A stretch of 64,000 bases of DNA from Octopus bimaculoides (lineage: Eukaryota), in NCBI RefSeq assembly GCF_001194135.2, contig NC_068982.1:166838417-166902416 (forward strand), written 5' to 3'. The translations under genes were made by a program, and so were the position numbers. Under the pieces are notes generated by a model. That model worked only from the letters and a program-made list of their open reading frames with translations. It searched no databases and was not told where the DNA came from. Shown in pieces: positions 26,109 through 39,779 of the stretch (the stretch's first letter is position 1; each line of letters opens with the position of its first letter).

Positions 26109-27684
26109 GTTTAAGGGATGTTGGTCTTCTTGATATTTTTTGAGACTAAAGCGAGTATATGTGCCGAAGTTGTTGACAGATTGTTAAGCTTCCGATGTGA
26201 GTGACAGAGAGTTGACTGTCTGAAATGCGTTGGATGGTGGCATGTCGATGTAATCGAAATCTGGCTGTTTTATAGCCCACTTTCAAAACAGCTTATGGCT
26301 TTAGCATCTGGATTGTCCGAATGAAATTTTAAAAATGATTGCAAATAAGCATAGAGAGAAGAGGGTGGATGTGAATATGCATCTCTGCTTCAAAACCAAG
26401 CCATATGTAATCAGTAACTGTTGAAAAAGTTTGCTTTGATGCAAACACACAACCCGGCATACCGTTGTGGACTGATTGAACTATGTCACACACACACGCA
26501 CACACACAAAGACACACACACACACACACACACACACACANNNNNNNNNNNNNNNNNNNNNNNNNNNNNNNNNNNNNNNNNNNNNNNNNNNNNNNNNNNN
26601 NNNNNNNNNNNNNNNNNNNNNNNNNNNNNNNNNNNNNNNNNNNNNNNNNNNNNNNNNNNNNNNNNNNNNNNNNNNNNNNNNNNNNNNNNNNNNNNNNNNN
26701 NNNNNNNNNNNNNNNNNNNNNNNNNNNNNNNNNNNNNNNNNNNNNNNNNNNNNNNNNNNNNNNNNNNNNNNNNNNNNNNNNNNNNNNNNNNNNNNNNNNN
26801 NNNNNNNNNNNNNNNNNNNNNNNNNNNNNNNNNNNNNNNNNNNNNNNNNNNNNNNNNNNNNNNNNNNNNNNNNNNNNNNNNNNNNNNNNNNNNNNNNNNN
26901 NNNNNNNNNNNNNNNNNNNNNNNNNNNNNNNNNNNNNNNNNNNNNNNNNNNNNNNNNNNNNNNNNNNNNNNNNNNNNNNNNNNNNNNNNNNNNNNNNNNN
27001 NNNNNNNNNNNNNNNNNNNNNNNNNNNNNNNNNNNNNNNNNNNNNNNNNNNNNNNNNNNNNNNNNNNNNNNNNNNNNNNNNNNNNNNNNNNNNNNNNNNN
27101 NNNNNNNNNNNNNNNNNNNNNNNNNNNNNNNNNNNNNNNNNNNNNNNNNNNNNNNNNNNNNNNNNNNNNNNNNNNNNNNNNNNNNNNNNNNNNNNNNNNN
27201 NNNNNNNNNNNNNNNNNNNNNNNNNNNNNNNNNNNNNNNNNNNNNNNNNNNNNNNNNNNNNNNNNNNNNNNNNNNNNNNNNNNNNNNNNNNNNNNNNNNN
27301 NNNNNNNNNNNNNNNNNNNNNNNNNNNNNNNNNNNNNNNNNNNNNNNNNNNNNNNNNNNNNNNNNNNNNNNNNNNNNNNNNNNNNNNNNNNNNNNNNNNN
27401 NNNNNNNNNNNNNNNNNTATATATATTGTTTCGAATTTGTGTGAATATGTATAGAATATATGCTCATAACGTTAAATTAGCGTTTTCATACATAGTGTAA
27501 TCATCAGATTTCAAATGTGTGTTTAACTGACAGTCGAGTTCTTGACATCTGTAGTACCTCTTAGAACGCTCCAGCAAGCTGAATTTTTAGAATACAATTT
27601 TGACCAACCCGCATGCAGCTTAAACATCATGGTTTTTAACTTTATTCAACTGAGCTATCTATAAATATGGCCTGGCTCTCCATC

Positions 27685-27875
27685 TAAGTGTTCCAGTTGA
27701 TCCGACCAGTCGAACAGTCCGCTCGTAAAATTAATGTGTACGGGGCTGAGCAGTCCACAGACACGCGTGTCCTTGACGTAGTTCTCAAGGAGATTCAGCA
27801 TGACACAGAATGTGACAAGGCTGACACTTTGAAATACAGATACAACTCATCTTTTGCCAGCTGAGTGGATTGACT
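27685..27875 (-). mobile_element. SINE fragment sharing the 3' half of family C (family D)
   Basis: TTCCAGTTGATCCG...GTAGTTCTC..GGAGATTCAG..TGACACAGA.TGTGACAAGGCTGAC is the reverse complement of 9400-9540. Confidence 0.75.
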
Positions 27876-27899
27876 GCATATCCATTGAAAGTCAAGGCT

Positions 27900-29470
27900 A
27901 CGAGAATAAACCTTGAGGATAAGTCCAGTGTCGGAGCCTGTAAGTCACTTCGTTGCTACTTACTTCCTCGTTCTTATAGTTCTCGGGACGATGCTGGTAT
28001 GAACTGTGACAGCTTTACTCTTCTTTCAGACTCAACGGTGTCATGGAGAATAGAGGCAAAAGTTTACTCTCCGAAATACCGCTCAAGCACGCATCCTGTT
28101 TTACACCTATATAAATACTCATATCTACACCAGCGATCTGTAGAAGACGCTCCAATTTTGCTGGTCGTGTTGACACCATACGGCGGGTGGCTCTAGTTAT
28201 CAATAGATTAGCGTACAGCTTAACGGCACGGATTATCCCTAGCAGTGGGAGGGATTTTCGGATCCCACAAAACGACTACAACCTGCCTCAAGCTAAGGAA
28301 CCCTTAGCCAATTAAGTACTGTCTCGCAACAATCTTCTATCCCTTCTAAGGTGCATGGGAAATAGGAACTATCCAAACAGCAGATCGAAAACAAAAACCA
28401 TCGCACCAAAACAACAAAAGAGACCAATTCTAAAACTGTTGAAATGTCCGGAAAATGATGACTGGCCGCTCTGAAAACCTCCAGAATATCAACTTCTCAA
28501 AGAAATCGCCTGTCATGAATAACGCGATCAAAAGATTCACCGTGGACGTAACAGTCTTTCAGAAAACGTGGTTGTCAGCTTGGACGCATTAAAAAAGAAG
28601 GGTTGGGAACAGTTATCCCCTTGTACGTCGTTCTCATTAACATTATAAATGTGTACAACAAAGACTGCCTTTTTAAGGTTTTTGTTAAAATCAACTTTCC
28701 ACATAAAACTGCAAAAACATGACAAAATCTTTCGATATCAACAGGAAAGGAGCGATGAAACTCAATGGTAGCTCTTTTAGGTTCTTCAACATTTGTAACG
28801 GTGTCAAATAAGGTTGTGTGTTCGCACCTGTACTCTTCGGAATCTTCTTCGTTGTGTATCTTAACAGAGGGGACCTACTTGCGCACTAGAACAGACAGCA
28901 AGATCACCAGGCTATCTTGTTTCAGAACGTAGACAAAATTATGTTTTGTTCTCATCAGGGACATGCTGCTTGCTGATGATGCAGTAGCTATAGCTTACGC
29001 CTATCAGGAACTTCAGTCGGTGATGGCTCATTTTCTCTCACGCTTATATGCATTTCGAACTGAGAGAAGAAACAAAAATGACAGTCCTGGGACTTCTGAC
29101 TCTCAGTGAAACATGTGAAGACTGAACACCTTCCATTTGAGAAGTATTCGCTGTATCATGAAGCTAACCCGGTAACACAAATTGTTCAAAGCAACATACT
29201 ACGCTTGATATTTCAATATGTACATTCAGCTGAAATAGTGAAAACTGCGCTGGAGAGATCGTGTCTAGCGCATGGAGAAATCACGTCTAGCCTCCCAGAG
29301 CATATCATCTATGGAGAACTGGCATTCGGGAAGGGCCGTTTAAAGGACGGGCATGAAAGCACATGATACCAATACGGAATCCCGGGAGATCCCCGCAGAT
29401 AGGGAGACAAGGTGATGCTCAGAACTGGTATCTCAAAACAAGAAATAATGCTGGTGGACAGCTGCAGCCT
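27900..29470 (+). mobile_element. Decayed, internally deleted RTE-BovB-like LINE
   Basis: APE-start-like segment at 28420-28600. RT motifs NGVK*GCVFAPVLFGIFF (~28800) and LIRDMLLADDA (~28955-28985). C-terminal LPEHIIYGELA. 27900-28400 is a possible 5' UTR. Confidence 0.8.
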
Positions 29471-29480
29471 AAGAAAGGGT

Positions 29481-29535
<55 letters not shown>

Positions 29536-30313
29536 NNNNNNNNNNNNNNNNNNNNNNNNNNNNNNNNNNNNNNNNNNNNNNNNNNNNNNNNNNNNNNNNN
29601 NNNNNNNNNNNNNNNNNNNNNNNNNNNNNNNNNNNNNNNNNNNNNNNNNNNNNNNNNNNNNNNNNNNNNNNNNNNNNNNNNNNNNNNNNNNNNNNNNNNN
29701 NNNNNNNNNNNNNNNNNNNNNNNNNNNNNNNNNNNNNNNNNNNNNNNNNNNNNNNNNNNNNNNNNNNNNNNNNNNNNNNNNNNNNNNNNNNNNNNNNNNN
29801 NNNNNNNNNNNNNNNNNNNNNNNNNNNNNNNNNNNNNNNNNNNNNNNNNNNNNNNNNNNNNNNNNNNNNNNNNNNNNNNNNNNNNNNNNNNNNNNNNNNN
29901 NNNNNNNNNNNNNNNNNNNNNNNNNNNNNNNNNNNNNNNNNNNNNNNNNNNNNNNNNNNNNNNNNNNNNNNNNNNNNNNNNNNNNNNNNNNNNNNNNNNN
30001 NNNNNNNNNNNNNNNNNNNNNNNNNNNNNNNNNNNNNNNNNNNNNNNNNNNNNNNNNNNNNNNNNNNNNNNNNNNNNNNNNNNNNNNNNNNNNNNNNNNN
30101 NNNNNNNNNNNNNNNNNNNNNNNNNNNNNNNNNNNNNNNNNNNNNNNNNNNNNNNNNNNNNNNNNNNNNNNNNNNNNNNNNNNNNNNNNNNNNNNNNNNN
30201 NNNNNNNNNNNNNNNNNNNNNNNNNNNNNNNNNNNNNNNNNNNNNNNNNNNNNNNNNNNNNNNNNNNNNNNNNNNNNNNNNNNTGTGTGTGTGTGTGTGT
30301 GTGTGTGCGTGCG

Positions 30314-30347
<34 letters not shown>

Positions 30348-30747
30348 GTAGAGCAGGAACTGTTGCTTGCATATGCGAGAATACACACGCACGCACACAC
30401 ATACATGCACAACACGCACGCACGCACACATGCACGCACGCACACAGGAACGCATAAACGCACGCATACACGCATATATATACATTTAACACACATTTTC
30501 TGCGCGCGCGCGTTTACGTACGTACGTGTGTGTGTGTGTGTGTACGTAAGTGTGTTCAGATTGTGAAAGAACCAATGTACACACACACATACAGACACTC
30601 GAATACTATATACACTTTTCTACGAAAGTGCACGCTGGCCCCACCCCTCTACCCGTACCCCACCCACGCACACATTGTATTTTGTATCCTCCTACAAAAT
30701 ACAATGTTGTTGATTTAAGTAGGTGGGTATACATATANNNNNNNNNN

Positions 30748-30793
<46 letters not shown>

Positions 30794-32026
30794 TCCTCTC
30801 ATACACTCATCAGAAGTCAGTTTGGCAACTCTATCGGCAAACACAAGACGTTATTACATGTACACTTTGTCACTTCACTTTTATCTGCTCCCAACATACA
30901 AAGCTTCATAAAAACAAAACAAAACGAAAAATAATAAGAACAATAACTGCAGCAAATCCTTCATTCACAAAATACACCAGAGTACTTACTTACTGCTACT
31001 ACTACTTCTACAACTACTTCTACAGGTGATGGTATTATAAAGAGAATCAGTGAATAGAATTGAAAAGTAATTTATAATTTAGGAATTGTTACAATTACTG
31101 TTGTTGTTGTTATTGCTGTTGTTGAGTTTATAGTTGTTGCTTGTTGCTTCTAAATAATTTTAATAATTTTTGTTATTGTTATATTTATTTTTATTCGAAA
31201 GGAAAATTGTTATTGTTGCTGTTCTTATTACTTAGTTTTGTCCTCTTTTTTTATTATATTTTTAAAATGTTATTGTGTCTTGGAATGAAAAAAACCATAG
31301 AACTAAATCTAAATTTGATATTCAATCTTTAACTAAGAGAGACAGAGGAATAGAGAGGGGAAAACAGAAATAGAGGCAGAAAGAGAAAAAAAAACAAGAA
31401 AGAAGAAAGAAAGTGAAAATTTAGAGTGTGGGATTGATTATAATAAGAGAGAAATTCTGAAATTCTTTGGCTTAATTCCTAAACCATCGGGAAATACCAG
31501 GAAGGAAAAAAATATTAAATATAGGACCAAAGTCAAGACGAGAGTGGCAGTAGCAGCAACAGGAACATAAATAACAAGAACAACAACAACAACAACAACA
31601 ACCACTAGATTTTGCTCTTTGCTAAAAAAAAAAAAGATAAGAAAAAATATCCACGAAACATTGGCTGTCTTGGGATTCTCTACCAAAAACACTAACACCA
31701 ACACCTGCTGATTCTGTTATTATTTATTAGTTTTATTATTATTATTAATATCCGCATCATCAGTAGCAGCATCAGCATCTTCGTTATTATTATTATTGCC
31801 TATATTTAGTCGTCCTGCAGTTGCTTTATAATATTTCTCACTTTGGGAGACAAGTTACAACTGCAACAAAAACAACAGCTGCAAACGGCAACAGCAGCAG
31901 CAGCAAAAACAAACCACAACAACGATTACAACAGCCCGAAACAGTTCATACATGCGAGCACTAATAACATAATTTATAATAATACTAATGGTAACTATAA
32001 CAATTAAATAATATTTTATAAATAGA

Positions 32027-32036
32027 TATATAAAAA
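32027..32036 (+). promoter_or_regulatory. Candidate TATA box of the SRCR gene
   Basis: TATATAAAAA about 55 bp upstream of an ATG in strong context (ATTATGG). The surroundings are AT-rich, so support is weak. Confidence 0.35.
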
Positions 32037-32087
32037 CGAGGGAAGTTCCTGAAAAATAGTGCTGAGCGAAGCAAAGTTCTTAGGATT

Positions 32088-32379
32088 ATGGCTGAGAAAA
32101 GGGAAATTCTTCTGCATTTAACACGAATAATCTGTGCACTTTTCTGCTTCCATGTGGCAACGTTAAGGAATTTGGCCACTGGTTATCGTTCCGGAGATGT
32201 GAGATTATCCGGTGGCAATGATAAATATGAAGGCTCAGTGCTGGTTTACTCTCGTGGACACTGGAAAACTGTGTGCGGTTTGGAATGGAATATTTACGAT
32301 GCCACCGTTCTATGCCGACAACTCGGTTTCAGAGGTTTACGTCGGCATTTACGCCATAGTAAATTTGGAGAAGGCAGTA
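32088..32379 (+). CDS. First coding exon of a secreted or membrane SRCR-domain protein (signal peptide plus N-half of SRCR); lysyl oxidase-like or neurotrypsin-like architecture possible
   Basis: Hydrophobic leader ILLHLTRIICALFCFHVA, then VRLSGG..YEGSVLVY..GHWKTVC..EW....ATVLCRQLGF...KFGEGS, the canonical SRCR N-half. Phase-1 donor A|GTAAGT at 32379/32380. Confidence 0.85.
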
Positions 32380-33346
32380 GTAAGTATTTTATTTATTTAT
32401 TTATTTAAATATTTGTTTATTGATCAGTTTTTATTTCTTCATATAGAATTTTCGTTTGATTTTGAATTAGGAAGGAATCTGAGTTCGATTGGAGCCAATA
32501 GTGTCAGGTTGGATCTGATGAAAGCGGCCGGGGTTATGGCGGGTATTAGAATTGGGGTAACCTCATTCTCTCGGCTTTTCTTTTCTTTTTTTTTCTTTTT
32601 GCGTGATATTGCTTTTTTTTATTTAAAAAAAAAATGCATTCATTTTATTGTTGATTAAATTTTGATTTTCTTTTTCTGTGCTCGAATTTATGTCGGACCG
32701 GTATTGATTTAGCTTTCATTTCTGCAAGATCAATAGAAAAAAAACGAGTATCGGTAAAATAAGCGAGTCTGAATAACGATTGACTGACCCCCTGTTGTGG
32801 TCTCTTGACTGGGTGCCTACAAAATTATTTTCACTTACAGTTATAAAAAGTGCTTCTATGTGGTTTGTCTACCTGCTAGAAATAACAGCCAACTCACCCT
32901 AACACAATACTCAACTATTTAAAAATAAAAAAACATGGATGAAACAGTTTCTGACATGAAGATGACATGAAGACGGGATGACTACGGTTGGAACGCCTTT
33001 GCTTACTCAGAACTGTCTTGGATCTAAATATCAACACAAACATTATGTCACATATACACAAGGCTAATTATATACACTCTTACAGACACAAAAGTACATG
33101 AACTCATAGACATTCATATACATCCGTAAATTGCGAAAACTTGCATATATGCACATAGGTGCAGACATTTATGCACACATGTGGCTGTATACGCATGCAT
33201 ATAAACACACCCACGCGCCAACAGAGATGCGGGTATGCCTACGATTGTGTGCTAGCATGTTAAACTAAACTTATCCAGGCAAAAACCTCACTCAAGTACA
33301 CACATAATGTGAAACATACACAAACACTGAAACACTCAAACGCACG

Positions 33347-33393
<47 letters not shown>

Positions 33394-33796
33394 CTACATT
33401 CAAACTAACAGGTAAAATGTCCCCATACACTAGCGTGGATAGGGAACTCGGGACCCATTTAGTAATATCTGTGAAAAATATTGTTGTACAGTTGACGCTG
33501 CTTTTTATAAAGATGGAAAATGTTAGCTATCAGTTATCGAAATTAATACATCCCACACGCGCTCAATGTATTGTTATATCATCTACTTAAAGTTATCAGT
33601 CGGTTTTTGCCATTTGAAAGGCTCTATATCAAAGTGATAATAAGCAATTTCCATTATATCACAAAACTCAACGGATGCAAAGCGTTGTTTTCATTCATAT
33701 ATTTATTAGATAACACACTCCGAAATGCGCGCACACACAAACACACACACTAACACGCACACAAATACATATTCGGCCACGTTTAGGCAGTATGTG

Positions 33797-33878
<82 letters not shown>

Positions 33879-34037
33879 AACATACATTCCAACACACAAA
33901 TATGTGTGCGTGCGTGCGTGCATGTATGCTTGTATTTATTTATTTATTTTTCTTTTTGTGGGGCAACTTTNNNNNNNNNNNNNNNNNNNNNNNNNNNNNN
34001 NNNNNNNNNNNNNNNNNNNNNNNNNNNNNNNNNNNNN

Positions 34038-34070
<33 letters not shown>

Positions 34071-34319
34071 GTATCCAGCACAACACATGCACCGACACAT
34101 AAATAACTTACTACACATTAAGCAGAGACAGTAAAAGCGGGAGAAAGAAAGTGAATGAGATGCGCAGTCAGACAGGCAGACATGCATATATAACTCATTT
34201 GCATATATGAATTATGTAGTATATTTTTTTATATATGCATAAAATTTAATATATGTGCGTGTATAAATATGTACGTGTGTGTGTGTTTGTGTGTGTGTGT
34301 GGGGGGGGGGCTGGCTATC

Positions 34320-34595
34320 TGTCGGATAGACGACGCGTATTCCAGTTGACCCGATCAACCGAATAGTCAGCTCGTGAAATTAACATGCAAAGGGTGAGTA
34401 CTGCACAAACGGGTATCATTAACGTAGTTCTCAAGGAGATTCAGTGTGACACAGAATGTGACAAGACTAATCCTTTGAAATACAGGTACCACTCATTTTT
34501 GCCAGCTGAGTGGACTGCAGTAACTTGAAATAATTGTGTCTTGCTCAAATACCGAACACACCACCGGGTATCGAATTCACGACCTTAAGATCTGA
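34320..34595 (-). mobile_element. SINE family D (family C tail with a different body and head)
   Basis: Family C-type tail joined to ACTCATTTTTGCCAGCTGAGTGGACTG...GTCTTGCTCAA...GGGTATCGAATTCACGACC, the reverse complement of a tRNA B box. Confidence 0.75.
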
Positions 34596-34603
34596 CAGAG
34601 CTT

Positions 34604-34670
<67 letters not shown>

Positions 34671-36289
34671 CGCACGCACACACACACACACACACACATA
34701 TATNNNNNNNNNNNNNNNNNNNNNNNNNNNNNNNNNNNNNNNNNNNNNNNNNNNNNNNNNNNNNNNNNNNNNNNNNNNNNNNNNNNNNNNNNNNNNNNNN
34801 NNNNNNNNNNNNNNNNNNNNNNNNNNNNNNNNNNNNNNNNNNNNNNNNNNNNNNNNNNNNNNNNNNNNNNNNNNNNNNNNNNNNNNNNNNNNNNNNNNNN
34901 NNNNNNNNNNNNNNNNNNNNNNNNNNNNNNNNNNNNNNNNNNNNNNNNNNNNNNNNNNNNNNNNNNNNNNNNNNNNNNNNNNNNNNNNNNNNNNNNNNNN
35001 NNNNNNNNNNNNNNNNNNNNNNNNNNNNNNNNNNNNNNNNNNNNNNNNNNNNNNNNNNNNNNNNNNNNNNNNNNNNNNNNNNNNNNNNNNNNNNNNNNNN
35101 NNNNNNNNNNNNNNNNNNNNNNNNNNNNNNNNNNNNNNNNNNNNNNNNNNNNNNNNNNNNNNNNNNNNNNNNNNNNNNNNNNNNNNNNNNNNNNNNNNNN
35201 NNNNNNNNNNNNNNNNNNNNNNNNNNNNNNNNNNNNNNNNNNNNNNNNNNNNNNNNNNNNNNNNNNNNNNNNNNNNNNNNNNNNNNNNNNNNNNNNNNNN
35301 NNNNNNNNNNNNNNNNNNNNNNNNNNNNNNNNNNNNNNNNNACACACATAGAAGCCTAAGAATACCAATAATGTACTAAGGCTGTTTAAAACGACTAATA
35401 AATTTGCGGCGTTGTATCAAATCGTTTTCTCCTTTTTTTCTTTTTTCTACTTCTTTCCCTTATTTACCTTTTCTTTTTTCATCACACCACCATCATTATC
35501 ATCGTCGTCGTCGTCGTCGCCGCCATCTTCGTCATCATTATTATCACCATTATCTCCTTGTTCTGTTTTCTGTCGTTGTATTTTGACTCAGTTAAATGCT
35601 GGAGTTAAACTGTTTTGCAGTGTTTAAGTCAAGCCCTTTCATGTTCTGAGTTCAAATTTCGCCTTTTGCCCTTTCGATGTCGAAAAGATTAAGTAGCTGT
35701 CGAGTATTGGAATCTCTTCACGTGCCTACATTAAGCTCGAAAATCTCTGTGAACCAACCTCACCAGAATTTAGAGTATTATAAGTATCTTAGAAATCATG
35801 ACTACTTTTTACTAACTCCTGTGATTCACTGGTTTATCGAGATAATAAGACAAGTATGGTTCTTCTAAATAGATCTCCAGCGAGTCAGAGGTAAGATTTG
35901 CCGCGCTACGAAATGAACTTAAAACTGTAGTTTAAGAACACAATTGTCAGATTTACACAGTGCTACTGCTGCTTATGATGGTGAGCTGGTGCAACGTTAT
36001 GTTACCTACTTACAGTTAAGTCATCTGTACCATTTGAAGTCAAGCATGTTAGGCATGGCTACATTCAAGCACTGCTGGCAAAATACGGACGGCGAAACCT
36101 TTAACTAGTTCTCTGATACCCTGCTGACGCAATCAATTCATGTTTCAGCGCATGTACATGCAAACTAATTGATCTTCCTCCGTTCCAGTGCATTAAATAA
36201 ATCACACAAATTCTCATTGCAACCTTAAGGTAACGATGATGTAATTATACCAAATTAATTGCTGTTACTATCCACTTACTCAAAGACAA

Positions 36290-37290
36290 TGAACTAGCAA
36301 AACTGTTAGCACGCCGGGGCAAAACGCTAAGCGGTATTTTGTCTGTCTTTGCGTGCCGTCTATCTTTCATCCTTTCGGGGTCGATAAAATAAGCACCAGT
36401 TAAGCCCTGGGGTTAGTGTAATCGATTAGCCTTCTCCATAAAATTTCAGGCCTTGTACCTAAACCAGAAATAATTATTCACTTACTGAAGGCGGTGAGCT
36501 GGTAGAAACGTCAGCACACCGGGTAAAATGCTTAGCAGCATTTCGTCTGTCTTTTTGTTCTGAGTTCAAATTCCGCCGAGGTCGACCTTGCCTTTCATCC
36601 TTTCGGGGTCGATAAAATAAGTACCAGTCAAGCACTGGGATCTATTTTAAAACGGGGGCCACATTTTTCATTAATGTTTTACGTAGTGTTTTTGGTACCG
36701 AAAGACTTTCAAACTTCGTATACTTATCTATTTTGTGTTATAGAACAGAAAAATATTTTTGTATTCGAATTTATTTCATGTAAAAAATTGTCTTATTTCG
36801 ATAATTTCAACCAATCACTGACAAGTATTCAGTTGTTTATATTTACTCCTTTGGCTGATTAAGCGATGTAAAGCGTATTTAATCTCCATACCTTCGTTTT
36901 ATTTGCTTTTTTCATTTTAAATTTGCTTTAACCCTAACCCTAACCCTAGGGTTAGGGTTAGGGTTAGGGTTAGGGTTAGGGTTAATTGCTTCAGAATCGT
37001 TTGTTTATGTAGTCGGCACTTAATGTATATCGGCTGAATGGACGTCAGTGATTGGTTGAAATTACAGAAATACGACAACTTTAACATGGAATAACTTATG
37101 GATTTCTTTTTTTTTTAAAGAAGACTAAGAGAAAAAGATGTTTTATATGACACATTCTACCAGTGTTCCAAGTTTCAAAGTGTTTCGTTAATGAAAAATG
37201 TGGCCCCCGTTTTAAAAAAGATCCAAGCACTGGGGGATCGATATACGCAAAGTTGCTTACCTTGTGCCAAAATTTGAAACCATTTTTATT
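36290..37290 (+). mobile_element. Two tandem family A SINEs, the second split by a MITE
   Basis: Copies at ~36290-36480 and ~36485-36637, the second resuming at 37225-37290. Confidence 0.85.
36638..37224. mobile_element. Merlin-like MITE with an inverted telomeric-repeat core, copy 2
   Basis: TIR GGATCTATTTTAAAACGGGGGCCACATTTTTC. Perfect 8-bp TSD AAGCACTG at 36630-36637 and 37225-37232. (TAACCC)3-TAGGG-(TTAGGG)5 at 36928-36984. Confidence 0.92.
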
Positions 37291-37315
37291 CATTTCTTTT
37301 TAGTACATATTTTCA

Positions 37316-37415
37316 TTGCACCACCGTGCGCAGCTTTGTGCCTTGGGAATGTGCAGTGTTTTGATTGCACCACCGTGTGCAGCTTTGTGCCTTGGGAATG
37401 TGCAGTGTTTTGATT
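37316..37415. repeat. Tandem duplication of a ~50-bp unit
   Basis: TTGCACCACCGTG(C/T)GCAGCTTTGTGCCTTGGGAATGTGCAGTGTTTTGA occurs twice. Confidence 0.9.
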
Positions 37416-37689
37416 TAGGTTTGTTATTTTTACTGAACTAAAAATACCCTACATAATACGTGAGTGGTATATTTGTTGTATATTTGTAAGTCCTGGGGTT
37501 TGTTTATGTATTTGTCTGGTTTTTTTGTTTCGTTTTGTTTTTTAACCATTCCAAAAGTACTTACTGTTATCAGGATTGTTTCTGTTTTCAGGCTCTACAT
37601 TCAGGTTGTTTCTAGATCTTTATACTTTGATAATTTCTTTATTTCTTTTAAAGATACATTATCATCTGCTAGGACTTATATATCGATTA

Positions 37690-38520
37690 GGATTGCAAGC
37701 AGAATCTTCAGCGTATCGGACACTGCTTAGCGGCATTTTTGTGTGGGGGGGCTTTTTTCCTTGTTTCGAGTTCAAATCACTCCGAGGCCAACTTTACTTA
37801 TCATCCTTTCGGAGTTAATAAAATAAAGTTCCAATCGAGTACTGGGGTCAATGAAAACGACTATAACCCTCACCCTAAAATTGCTGGTCTTGAGCCAAAA
37901 TTTGAGATTGTCTTTTATTTATTAAATACCAGTCAAATACTTGGGTCGATGAAACCTCCCCCACACAAATTTCTAGATTATTAGGAACAGTTATTCAGGG
38001 CTGTAGATTGTCAGTATCGTTTGAACGCCGGAAAGAATGCTTTGCAGTAGGGGTTTTTTTCCGTTTCTTTACGTGCTGAGTTCAAATTATGCCGAGGTTA
38101 ATTTTGCCTTTCCCCTTTTCGTGTTTGATCAAAGTACCAGTCAAGTATTGAGGCCTTCTTTCCATCTAATTTTCAGATCTTGTGTAAATATTAAAAATAA
38201 TTATTATTATTAAATCTAAGCGGGTGAACTGGCAAGATCGTTAGCGCCCATGACAAAATGCTAAGCGGTATTTCGCCCGTCGCTACGTTCTGAGTTCAAA
38301 TTCCGCCTTGGTTGACTTTGCCTTTCATCCCTTTCGTAGTCGATGAAATAAGTACCAGTCGAATAATGGGGTCGATGTAACCGTCTAGTCCCCCACTCCC
38401 CAAATTTAAAGCCTTGTGTTTATAGCAGAAAGGATTATACTTTTTATCATTCATTTAAGGCAGCGAACTGGTAGAATCATTAGCACGCCGGACAAAATGC
38501 TTAGCGGCATTTCGCTCGTC
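37690..38520 (+). mobile_element. Cluster of family A SINE copies
   Basis: Copies at ~37690-37920, ~38000-38200, ~38220-38435 and a head fragment at ~38455-38520. Confidence 0.8.
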
Positions 38521-39681
38521 GTTAGAAGAACATAGGCCACCAAAACCCAAAAAGTTATAAACAGACATCCATCCGACAAGATTATGACGAATCTGATGAC
38601 ATCCATTTCTTATGTTTCTCATCGTACAGAATGTGAGGTTTTCAAAGAAATGTACACCCCTTTACGTTCAACATGTCTCACATTCAAACTTTAATCGATA
38701 TTTTATACTAGTGACATTAATCTGTGCTTGGTGGTATTTCTATCGAACGTAGGTGAAAATGTTAACAGCAATCATTTGTTGTTGATCATCGACAAACAGA
38801 GAATGTATCAGACCATACAGACCAATAGTCTTTTTGCAGTAATCGGTAGCTATTACAACCTGATTAAAGATGGTCAACTCAATGAAGATGTCCACAGCAT
38901 GGCGAACAGCAGTTAGTGTATATCCAACACCAGCTGCTATAACTCGAAAAGTCTGTTCCAACTTATAGCAGTTGACCATTTGTCAATTGCATCTTTAATA
39001 AACTTTGAAATTTACTCATCACAGCAGGTCTTAGTGTTATATAATCAAACAGTTATCAAAGGTTTACCTTCCCTCCGTTATATCAAGCGTCATTAGAGAT
39101 TGAGGAATGTGTCGGAGTGTGTTGCATCTCAGAATCTGTTCTAGGCCTTCGCTTTCGGATGGCAACACCTGCGATGACATTGGTGCCAAGCTATATCGGC
39201 TTTACCTTTTCCTTGAAGTTCAATGCAAGCATGGAGAGGAGAGATTTGCATCCATGGTCAATTATTAGTCTTCCACATGAAAGCTTTGCTCAAGTGTACG
39301 ATTTGAAGAGAAACCCTCCAATTACAGATACCCAGCCGTGTATAACAGATGATATATATATATAATATATATATATCATATTATTTGTTAGACGCACGCA
39401 CACATGCATGTGTGTATGTGTGTGTTTGTGTGTGTGTGAGTGTGTAACAATACAAATCATAAACAGTATCATTCAGTCTGCTATAATGAATCCATAAACA
39501 CGTATAAAATATCCAAGGGTAATTTCTTCCCCTCTGAAGATACTATGCTCAGGTCATATAAATTTAATATTTACTTAATATTTGCTGAGTATTAATTGAA
39601 ACAGCTGTAAGGGATGATGATTAATTTGCTGTTAATAATAAACAATTATCAACTTCCCACTCTCCATTTTCTTTTTCCCTT

Positions 39682-39726
<45 letters not shown>

Positions 39727-39779
39727 CGAAGTGTACAGTATCATATATCCATTACGGCTGATCTTACCAATCGATTTTG

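Noticed and set aside
38700-39340. GC-richer blocks with ORFs of 60-80 aa
   Set aside because: No recognisable motif or consistent splice signals. Possibly old TE debris.
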